A DNA stretch of 64,000 bases from Mobula hypostoma (lineage: Eukaryota), in the NCBI RefSeq assembly GCF_963921235.1, contig NC_086097.1:45324001-45388000 (forward strand). Reading direction: 5' to 3'. Every line of letters starts with the position of its first letter. The first letter of the stretch is position 1. Positions 49,257 through 59,292 of this stretch are shown here, piece after piece. The position numbers were made by a program, and so were the translations under genes. The notes beneath the pieces were generated by a model. The model had not been told where the DNA came from. It was given only the letters and a program-made list of their open reading frames with translations, and searched no databases.

Positions 49257-49712
49257 TGTCAGGGCGCTGGAGCAGGGACCCAATCACAGACCCAGTACTC
49301 TGCACACAGTGATATTTATTGAGTATCCGATCCAGAGGTGCAAACAAAGTCGGTGTCAAAGTTCAGGCAGAGATCAAAACATCCAGAGAAATCCAAAAAT
49401 CAGAATCAGGAAAATTCACTGGCACAATCTGGCAACAGACAGGTGAAAACACCGGACTGAAATACACTGAGCAATAAACAGAGAGTCAGATGACAGGTGG
49501 AGCACAATGAGACACAGGTGGCAGCAACACAGGTAATAATGAGAAACAGTGAGGGCGGAGTACTCAGTAATACAGGGGCCGGAGTAGAGCAGGAGCGGGG
49601 ACAGGAGCACATGGGGCATGAAAACAATCAAGAGCACATGGCAATACAAAACCACAGACTGACAGCTAGAGGGAAAACACACAAAGAGACAGTTCAACTG
49701 AAGGTACTGACA
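49257..49712 (-). repeat. 3' LTR (456 bp)
   Basis: TGTCAG..CTGACA; roughly 35-40 substitutions plus indels (including about 23 bp) relative to the 5' LTR, counted by eye; AATAAA on minus at 49315-49320. Confidence 0.95.
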
Positions 49713-49729
49713 GTAACCCCCCACCCTAT
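49713..49729 (-). promoter_or_regulatory. Polypurine tract
   Basis: Minus strand agggtggggggttac abuts the 3' LTR. Confidence 0.85.
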
Positions 49730-49748
49730 CTATGGATGCCTCCTGGTG

Positions 49749-52700
49749 TCACAGTAGGTGGAGCTGGTGCTGGCGATGAAAGTGCCTGATGAGAGAGTGG
49801 TCCAGGATGTTACAGGCAGGGAGCCAGCGCCTCTCCTCAGGACCGTAACCCTCCCAGTTCACAAGGTACTGGAGGCCATGGCCCCCAGGATGAACGTCCA
49901 GCAGTCAACGCACCATGAAGGCCTCTGACCCATCGATGAGCCTTGGGGGGTGGGGGGGGGAGGTTTGGGAACAGGACACGGGGGTGGCTCATGAAAGGCT
50001 TGACACGGGGCACATGGAAGGTGGGATGAATGTGGCGGAGAGTGGAGAGGAGCTTGAGATGGATGGCAGCAGGGCTGATGACTTTAGCAATGGGAAAGGG
50101 GCCAATGAAGTGAGTGGTGAGCTTGTGGAAATCCACATTGAGGGGCAAGTCTCAGGTTGAAAGCCACACACACTGTCCCTGGTGGTATTGTGGGGCCTTG
50201 GAGCAATGGCGGTCAGCTTGATGCTTGATCCTAGCAGAGGCACGAAGAAGGGCAGAGCGAGTGCGCCTCCACATTCACTGACAATGGCGGATGAATGCCT
50301 CGGCAGATGGAATGCCAACCTCCTCCTCCTGGGCAGGAAACAGTGGAGGATGGTAGCCAAGGCAGCACTTGAAAGGGGGCAGACCAATGGATGAGGACGG
50401 ATGAGAGTTTATGGTGTGCTTGGCCCAGGGTAGCTGCTGACTCCACGCGGAGGGTTTTTGGGAGACCAGACACCACAATACTGTCTCTAGCTGTTGGTTG
50501 GCCTGCTCGGTCTGGCCATTGGTCTGTGGGTGGAATCCTGAAGACAGACTCAGAGGCACACAGAACATTCCAGAATGCCCACCAGAAGCTGGATGTGAGT
50601 TGAGAGTCCCTGTCTGACACAACATCTACAGGTAAACTGTAATTTGAAAACAGGCGGTATTAGTAGCTTGGCTGTTTCTTTGGTAGAGGGGAGGTTAGGT
50701 AAAGGAATGAAGTGTACAGACTTTGGAGAAGCAATCAACTACTGTGAGAATGGTGGTGTTACCATCTGATGGGGGAAGACTGGTGAGAAAGTCCAGGGCA
50801 ATGTGGGACCAGGGTCTCTTGCGGATAGACAGGGGTTGTAACAGACCAGCGGGTGATCGGTTAGAATTCTTGCCTTGAGCACAGACCAAGCAGGCTGAGA
50901 CAAAGTTGCGGATGTCATCTCCCATGGAGGGCCACCAGAACTGCCGACTGATGAAGGCCTGAGTACGCTTGGATCCAGGGTGACAGGATAACCGAGAAGG
51001 ATGACCCCACTGCAATACCTGTGAGTGGACAGAGCTGGGAACATAAACACGGTTAGTGGGGCATTGACTAGGGGCTGCCTCGCTCTGAGCAACTTGCACC
51101 CTGGCTTCAATGTCACGTTGCGCTGCACCCACGAGACAGTGAGCAGGGAGGATGACATCGGGGACCTCAGGGGTCTCAGAGGAGGGAAATCTTCGGGAGA
51201 GGGCATTAGGTTTTCCATTCTTGGAACCAGGGCGGAAGGACAGAGAAACAGGGACCACAAGCTTGGCAGGACGGATATATTCCAGATCCTCCTGATCAGT
51301 CCAGACTAAAAATGGCACCTTGGCTCCTCCAGCCAACGCCTCCACTCCTCCAGGGCTAGCTTCACAGCCAGCGGCTCCCAGTTTCTGACATCATAATTCT
51401 GCTCTGTGGGAGTGAGGTGGAGAGAGAAGGCAGCACAGGGGTGTACCTTCTCATCCTTGGCCGAGCGCTGAGAGAGAACAGCTCCTACACCAATGTCAGA
51501 TGCATCCACCTCCACAATGAACTGCCGGTCAGTGTCGGGTTGAATCAGGATGGTGGCAGAGGTGAAACGTTCCTTCAGGTCAGAGAATACTTTATCAGCG
51601 GCAGGGGACCAGGAGAATCTGACAGCAGATGAGATAAGAGCAGTGAGAGGTGCAGCCAGTGAACTGTACTTTCTGATGAAGCGGCGATAGAAGTTAGCAA
51701 AGCCCAAGAAGTGTTGCAACTCCCGACCAGTCGAAGGTTGGGGCCATTCGACCACCAACTTAACCTTCTATTGGTCCATGTGAATGGAACTGCCTGAAAT
51801 TACATACCCCAGGAAGGAGACGGTATTGCAATGAATCTCACATTTCTCAGCCTTCACAAAGAGCTGGTTCTCCAGAAGGCGCTGGAGAACTCCGCGGACG
51901 TGCCCCGTGTGTTCAGCAAGGGACTTAGAAAAAAAATCAAAATGTCGTTGAGATACACAAAAACAAATTGGTTCAGCATGTCCCTGAGAATGTCATTTAC
52001 CAGGGCTTGGAAGACGGTGGGGGCATTAGTGAGACCAAATGGCATGACCAGATACAGTACTCGTAAAGGCCTGAGGTGGCGTTGAAGGCTGTCTTCCACT
52101 CGTCCCCTTCGCGGATGCAGACAAGATGGTAGGAATTATGGAGATCAAGCTTGGTGGAAACGGAGGCTCCTTGTAGTAGTTCAAATGCCAAGGTCATGAG
52201 CAGAAGAGGGTAACGGTTCTCAACAGTGACTTCATTCAGGCCCCAGTAATCAATGCATGGACGTAAGGAGCCATCCTTCTTTTCAACAGGAAAATGGCCG
52301 GATAATGCCTGCAGCCAGATACTCTTGAATATACTTTTTCATGGCTTCTGCTTCAGGTACAGACAGGGAGTACAGGCGGCCCCTTGGGGGAGATATACCA
52401 GGCAAGAGGTCAATGGTACAATCATATGGATGATGAGGCACCAGGGAAGCGGCCCAGGACTTGCTGAACACAGCCATGTATTCAGGAGGGATGGCACGAA
52501 GGTCTGGAAATTCCTCGGGAGGATCTGGGCTTGGAGACAAGGGGATCTGAGCATGGCGGAGGCAGTGAGAGTGACAGAATGGGCTCCAGCCTACAACCTT
52601 GCAACTGAGCCAGTTGTTGTGGGGGTTGTGTTTAACTAACCGCGGATTGGCCCAGGACAATGGGAACTTGAGGAGAGTCAATAACATAAAGGGTTAACAC

Positions 52701-53038
52701 TTCATGATGGTTGCTGGATAAACTGAGACTCACTGGGGCCATGACATGGGTGATGTTAGCCAGTCTCTGACTGTTCAAGGCATTGGCCATCAATGGTGAC
52801 TGGAGAGCAGACCTGGGTAATCCCCACTGGGCTGCCAAGCCAGAATCGATAAAACACACCTCCGCACCAGAATCGATAAAACACACCTCCGCACCAGAAT
52901 CGACCAAGATGGAAACTGCTCGCTGTTGGATGCCCCATTCCAGAGAAGCAGGTATGAGATTGAGTGGTGTCGAGGAGGGCCGGGCAGGGGTCACACTCAC
53001 CAGTACTCCTCGTCCTACTGGTGAGTGCTGGCTTTTAC
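49749..53038 (-). pseudogene. pol: pol (protease, RT, RNase H, integrase, chromodomain), many frameshifts and stops
   Basis: [27 protein letters not shown] (YLDD mutated); [14 protein letters not shown]; zinc-binding [43 protein letters not shown]. Confidence 0.93.
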
Positions 53039-54007
53039 TGGGCAGGTGGCGATGAAGTGGTCTGGTTAGCCACAGTACAGACAGGAACGGGTGCTGATTC
53101 TCCTTTGTCTTTCAGTCGGCATCAGGCAGGTACATTCAACCTTCATAGCCTCGGGCTCTGGAACGGGAGTTGTAGATGGGGGCAAACGACAGGGCAATGT
53201 AGACTGATGAGGAGCTTAGAGCTCACCCAGTGCACCCCAGGGACCCTCTGGAACCCCTCCCTCTGTGGCGCTGCTGAAGGCGACAATCAATACGGATGGC
53301 CAAATCCACCAGGGCTTCAAAGATAGCAGGAAGGTCCTGTGTGACCAGCTCATCTTTGATGTCTTCGGAGAGGCCGTTCAGGAAGGTGTCGTACTGTGCC
53401 TCTGAGTTCCAGCCACTGGAGGTGGCTAGGGTCTGGAACTCTATGGCATAATCTGACACAGATCTGCACCCCTGGTGCATGCGCAGCATTTCAAAGGCAG
53501 CTTCTCTCCCATGTTTGGAGCGATCAAACACTCTTCTCATCTCCTCAGAAACTAACTGAAAACTGATGCCGAAAGATGGCCTGCCTCCCAGACGACTATT
53601 CCCAATTCTCTCGCCTGACTGGATAGTTGGGTGATGATGTAGGCTACCTTGATTCAATCAGTCAGAGATGTTGTTGGTTGTAATTCAAAAATGAGGGTGT
53701 ACTGGGGAAGAAAAGAGCAGTAGATACCGGGCTCACCTGAGTACTTTACTGGAGAAGACAGACAGGGCCCTTGGACAGGAGGAGCATGCAAGGACATGGA
53801 GGGCAGGGCGGAAGATGCAGTCACAGAGTGTTGATGGGCGCTCTAGGACAACTGGAGTGACTGAGTCTGGGCCACGAGATTGGCTACCTTGCCAGGAGGT
53901 GACTCCGCTGCCCTGAACGCAGACTCCAGCTGGCTCTGCTATCTCTCCAGCATCACTCCCTGTTGTTCCAGGACAATTCTCAGACAACCAAGGTCTGCTG
54001 GATCCAC
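53015..54007 (-). pseudogene. gag: gag with CCHC zinc knuckle, disrupted
   Basis: Starts (GTG)DPADL; QGCRSVSDYAIEFQTLATSSGWN..FLNGLSEDIKDEL; CLYCG*PDHFIATC at 53042-53083. Confidence 0.88.
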
Positions 54008-54023
54008 CCTGGCTAGATTGTAT

Positions 54024-54456
54024 TGTCAGGGCATTGCAGCAGGGACCAAAACACAGGCGAAGTACTCTGCACACAGTGATATTTATTGAGTAACAAATCC
54101 AGAGGTGCAAACAAAGTCAGCATCAAAGTTCAGGCAGAGATCAAAACATCCAGAGAAATCCAAAAACCAGAATCAGGAGAACTCATTGGCACAATCTGGC
54201 AACAAACAGGTGAAAACACAGGACCAAAATACACTGAGCAATAAACAGAGAGGCAGATGATAGGTGGAGCACAATGAGACAGGTGGCAGCGAAACAGGTA
54301 ATAATGAGAAACAGGTGAGAGACGGAGTACTCAGTAATACAGGGGCTGGAGCACATGGGGCATGAAAACAAACAAAAGCACATGGCAATACAAAAACACA
54401 GAATGACGGCTGGGGGAAAACACACAAAAGACAGAGTTCAACTGGAGGTACTGACA
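54024..54456 (-). repeat. 5' LTR (433 bp)
   Basis: Direct repeat of 49257-49712 with TG..CA ends. Confidence 0.95.
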
Positions 54457-54588
54457 GTCTCAGACTGAGAGTCTGCAACAGGACCCAAAACAGTGACAAT
54501 TCTTTTCACCTCTTCTACAGATGTTGAATTCCTCCAGCAGATTTTTTAAAATTCTGTATTCAAGCATCTTCAGTGCCTTGTGTCTCCA
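54457..54588. mobile_element. Right half of a degenerate PLE-derived inverted element (left half about 49186-49256) disrupted by the LTR element
   Basis: caggacccaaaacagtgac..ctacagatg..ttcctccagcag..cagtgccttgtgtctc resembles 15047-15162. Confidence 0.55.
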
Positions 54589-55960
54589 CAAAATATTTGG
54601 AATGGTACTGTCTAAAAGTTTTCCAGATGTTCATTTAGTTAACAGCTTTAGCAACAAAATATGCAATCTAAATTTATATATAGCTTTAAAATAATCTTTT
54701 CACCCTTCTTCCTCCATTCCTCTCTATCACTTAATGAAATGACCCCCCACTCAAAATCGTGTTTCGTCAAATGGTGTACAAATCTCAACTGTGACAATTA
54801 ATTGGATGGCTTTGTGAATCTACAGGAGTGACGCTTCAAACTTGGACAGCTTTAATTGAATGATTTTCTGATGGCATTTTTTGCTAATTGTGTTCATGCA
54901 ATAATACTAGAATAACAGATGTTCAGTTAATCAGAACTAAATCAGAGGTCAGCCAGGGATCAGAAGTCAAGGAAACTTGCAGAAATTTCTTGTTAGTGCA
55001 AATTCCTAGAGTTAGCAACTGTTCAACAGATAATCTCATAGAAAGCCTCCAGGAACTTCTAACTACAGGGTGCTGCAAAATGAGCTGTCAGGCACCGTTC
55101 TGCTTTGTGTAAAAGCTAATTTATACTGAAAGTCACCTTTGAGTCAAAGCTACCAAGCAGACCTTTACCAGCTCATGTTGCCTGTCTCAGTGATCAGTAA
55201 AGAAATTCCTGTGCTTTGTTTATATTTGCACTTGGAGAAACTTTGGCAACTGAAATAATTCATACTAAGGTTTCCCAAGCATTAAACAAAAGTTCCAGTT
55301 GAAATGCTATGTTATCTATACAGTGATAATCCAAGAAGGCCAAAAATAACATCTTTATTCCCAATTTAATATCCTGGCTTTCAACTTCAAATTTTATGAG
55401 CTAAACTCTATGGAGGTCCTTTGCAAATACTAGCTCACTTAGCGATCCGCTTTTCTGCTCTTGCAGTACGTACACATGAATGAATTTGCAAGGTTGGAGA
55501 GCCTCCACACTGCAGCCTCCATGACTTTTGGAATGGTTTTATGAGCATTGCTCCAGGAAGTGAGATTCTCATTTACTTTTGCCAGAAAGTAGGTTTCTTT
55601 AACGCCACGCACTCAAAACAGCTCTCAGTCTGCTTTGCTTTATGTTCGGGCATATTCCGTAGTTATGGTATATAGCAAATACTAACTTTAACAGCAGCCA
55701 GTCTTCAGACCCAAATGTGGATTGTACATTGAATTTAAAATGCAGCTCTGAACAATAGTATTGCTGGAGCTGCAGACTGGAGTTGATTGCAAACCGGACA
55801 ATGCTGATTAACATTCATATTGTGGGTCTGGAATGTGGGTGTGAAGAAGGAGGTGTTTGAAAACTTCTGTGTGTCTCTGTGATGTGGAAGGACATTGGAG
55901 CATCTGGAGGAAACCCATGTAGTCACAGGGGAAATGTACACAGACCATACCTGAGGTCAG

Positions 55961-56957
55961 CCTCTCAAAGTCCGACCCCACATCCCCGTCGTGAGAGGTA
56001 GAAATGGGTAAGGCCAGCCAACAGGGCTCTGGTGAAGCTGTATAGGACAAACCCCTGTACAGTGGATGCAATGGACTGCAGAAGCATTGATGAACTCCAA
56101 CCATACCATCGACTTCAGAGGATGAAGGGGATGGAAGGTCACTGATGGCCTATGCTTCACCGGCGGAGAATCTCACCTGGTCCCTCAACACCGGCTCCAT
56201 AGCAAAGAAAGCCCAGCAGCGTCTCTACTTTCTGCGAAGGCTGAGAAAAGTCCATCTCCCACCCGCCATCCTCACCACATTCTACAGAGGTTGTATTGAG
56301 AGCATCCTGAGCAGCTGCATCACTGCCTGGTTCGGAAATTGCACCATCTCAGATCACAAGACCCTGCAGCAGATAGTGAGGTCAGCTGAGAAGATCATCG
56401 GGGTCTCTCTTCCCGCCATTAAAGACATTTACACCACACGCTGCATCCGTAAAGCAAACGGCATTATGAAGGATTCCACGCACCCTTCATATAAACTCTT
56501 CTCCCTCCTGCCATCTGGAAAAATGCGCCGAAGCATTCAGACTCTCACGACCAGACTATGTAATAGCTTCTTCCCCCAAGCCATCAGACTCCTCAATACC
56601 CAGAGCCTGGACTGACACCAACCTACCGTACCCTCTACTGTGCCTATTGTCTTGTTTATTATTTATTGTAATGCCTGGACTGTTTTGTGCACTTTGTGCA
56701 GTCCTGGGTAGGTCTGTAGTCTAGTGTAGTTTTTGTGCTTTTTCTTACGTAGTCTAGTGTAGTTTTTGAATTGTTTCATGTAGCACCATGGTCCTGGAAA
56801 ACGTTTTCTCATTTTTACTGTGTTCTGTACCAGCAGTTATGGTTTTACTGTGTTCTGTACCAGCACTTTTTATTATGACAATAAAAAGTGACTTGGCATG
56901 ACTTGACTTGACTTGACTTGACTTGAGTTAGGAGCTAGGGGCTCAAGTAAGTAGGTA
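55961..56957 (+). mobile_element. RTE-tailed non-autonomous element (55961-56160 and 56926-56957) interrupted by Rex1
   Basis: ..gatggcctatgcttcacc | gagttaggagctaggggctcaagtaagtaggta rebuilds an RTE-type (AAGT)n end. Confidence 0.55.
56161..56925 (+). mobile_element. Rex1/Babar LINE, 5'-truncated, open C-terminal ORF and full 3' UTR
   Basis: KKAQQRLYFLRRL..FYRGCIESILSSCITAWFG..HPSYKLFSLLPSG..NSFFPQAIRLLN; AATAAA then (GACTT)n. Confidence 0.9.
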
Positions 56958-57377
56958 ATACCCGAGGTCAGGATTGAACCCCAGTCTCTAGTGTTGTGAG
57001 ACAGCAGTCCAAAGGGCTTGACTGCCTTTCCGTGCCCTCAGCTATTGACGGCCTCATTGAAAACCTGATACGTTTTCTCTAGAACTCCGTTCCATTGAGA
57101 TCTCATCTGCACCTGGGTTATACTTACCCTGCAGGCAGAGTAAGGGAGAGGTTCCACCATGTTCAGATCCTATCCTCATACACAATTCTAAACTAAACAG
57201 TGTCAGTATCTGGGCTTGTGCCCTGCGTGAGTGGTGTATATATAATAGCTATGGGAGTAGTGGTTATGTTTAGGATGGTGAGGTTGTTAATGATTGGAAC
57301 ATTGCTATACCATGCTGGCAAGTTCAGTTCAAGACTGACTGTCAATAGTTGTGTCTTACCTGCTGCCTGAGTGAGTG

Positions 57378-59290
57378 AATCTCTCGTTGCGACAGTCAGA
57401 AGTTCCCACTTGCTTTGAAAGGCAGCAATCACACCAGAGCCCCAGAAGAGCTGGGTGAGCTGCCTCAATGACTTTCGTCCAGTAACACTCCCATCTATGG
57501 TGATGAAGTACTTTGAGAGTTTGGTTATGGCTGGAATCAACTCCTCTCTCAGCAAGGACATGGCCCCACAGCTATTTACCGATCACTGCAATAGGTCTAC
57601 GGTGGCTGCAACCTCATAGGCTCCTCACATGGCCTTGGACCACCTGGATAATACTAATACTTAAGTCAGGATGCTGTTTATTGACTACAACTCAGCATTT
57701 AACACCATCTTTCCTACAGTTCTTATCAAAAAGCTCCAAAACCCAGGCCTCTGTACCTTCCTCTGCTACTGGATCCTCAGCTTCCTCACTGGAAGACCAC
57801 AATCTATGTGGATCGAAAACAACATCTCCACCTTGCTGACAATCAGCCCTGGTGTACCTCAAGGATGCATGCTTAGCCCACTGCTCTACTCTCTCTACAC
57901 CCATGACTATATGGCTCGGCACAGCTCAAATGCCATTTATAAATTTGCTGATGACACAACTACCCTCACTAATTTTTATAGATGCACTGTAGAAAGCATT
58001 CTTCTAGGGTGCATCACAACCTGGTATGGAAGTTGTCCTGTCCAAGACCGAAAGAAGCTGCAGAAGATCATGAACACAGCGTAGCACATCACACAAACCA
58101 ATCTTCCGTCCGTGGACTCACCTTACACCGCACGCTGTCGGAGCAGTGCTGCCAGGATAGTCAAGGACACGACCCACCCAGCCAACACACTTTTCATCCC
58201 TCTTCCCTCCAGGAGAAGGCTCAGGAGTTTGAAGACTCGTATGGTCAGATTTGGGAACAGCTTCTTTCCAACTGTGATAAGACTGCTGAACGGCTCCTGA
58301 CCCGGATCTGGGCTGTACCCTCCAAATATCCAGACCAGCCTCTCAGTTTTTTTGCACTACCTTACTTTTCACTTTTCTATTTTCTATTTATGATTTATAA
58401 TTTAAAATTTTAATATTTACTTTTTTTTACTATTTTTAATATTTAATATTTGTAATCCAGGGAGTGTGAAGCACAGAATCAAATATCACTGTGATGATTG
58501 TACGTTCTAGTACCAATTGTTCGGCAACAGTAAAGTATAAAGTATAAAGTACTATTGACAGAATTTCAGATGGTGATGAGAGGGCGTACAGGAGCAAAAT
58601 ATATCAGCTAGTTGAGTGGTGTCACAGCAACAACCTGGCACTCAACGTCAGTACGACCAAAGAGCTGATTGTGGACTTCAGAAAGGGTAAAATGATAGAA
58701 TGCACACCAATCCTCATAGAGAGATCAGAAGTGGAAAGAGTGAGCAATTTCAACTTCCTGGGTGTCAACATCTCTGGGCCCAACATATTGATGCAACTAT
58801 AAAGAAGGCACGGCAGCAGTTATACTTCATTAGGAGTTTGAGGAGATATGGTATTTCACCAAAAACACTTGCCAATTTCTACAGATATACTGTGGAGAGC
58901 ATTCTAACTGGCTGCATCATCGTCAGGTATAAGTTTGCGTGGGGGGGTGGTAGGGAAGGAGCTACTGCACAGGATCGAAAGGAGCTGCAGAAAGTTGTAA
59001 ACATGGGCACCAGCCTCCGTACCATCCAGGACATCTTCAAGGAGCAGTGCCTCAAAGAGGCAGCATGCATCAGTATGGGCCTCCGTCACCCAGGACATGC
59101 CCTCTTCTCATTGCTGTCATTGGAAAGGAGGTATAGAGGCCTGAAGACACACACTTGGTGATTCAGGAACAGCTTCTTCCCCTCTGCCATCTGATTCCTA
59201 AATGGACATTGAACCCATGAACAGCACCGCACTTTTTTTGCACTGCTTATTGAACTTAACTATCTAATGCATATAAATGTAATTCACAGT
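57378..59290 (+). mobile_element. Rex1/Babar LINE RT to 3' region (host), degenerate; tail probably continues at 62450-62518
   Basis: [61 protein letters not shown]; tail ttcacaacatatgccagttatattaaac..ctgattctga. Confidence 0.88.
57963..58550 (+). mobile_element. Nested Rex1/Babar 3' fragment
   Basis: [35 protein letters not shown]; (TAAAGTA)n tail; TSD ACTA at 57959-57962 and 58551-58554. Confidence 0.85.
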
Positions 59291-59292
59291 TT

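Larger units (their letters stand above)
49257..54456 (-). mobile_element. Full-length Ty3/gypsy chromovirus (Tf1/sushi type), decayed
   Basis: Two TG..CA LTRs, 5-bp TSD GTCTC (49252-49256, 54457-54461), PPT, gag-PR-RT-RH-IN-chromo order. Confidence 0.96.
55868..57030 (-). mobile_element. V-SINE-like element split by nested insertions (parts about 55868-55960 and 56958-57030)
   Basis: ggagcatctggaggaaacccatgtagtcacagggg..; cccgaggtcaggattgaaccc; 14-bp TSD ATACCTGAGGTCAG / ATACCCGAGGTCAG. Confidence 0.65.
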
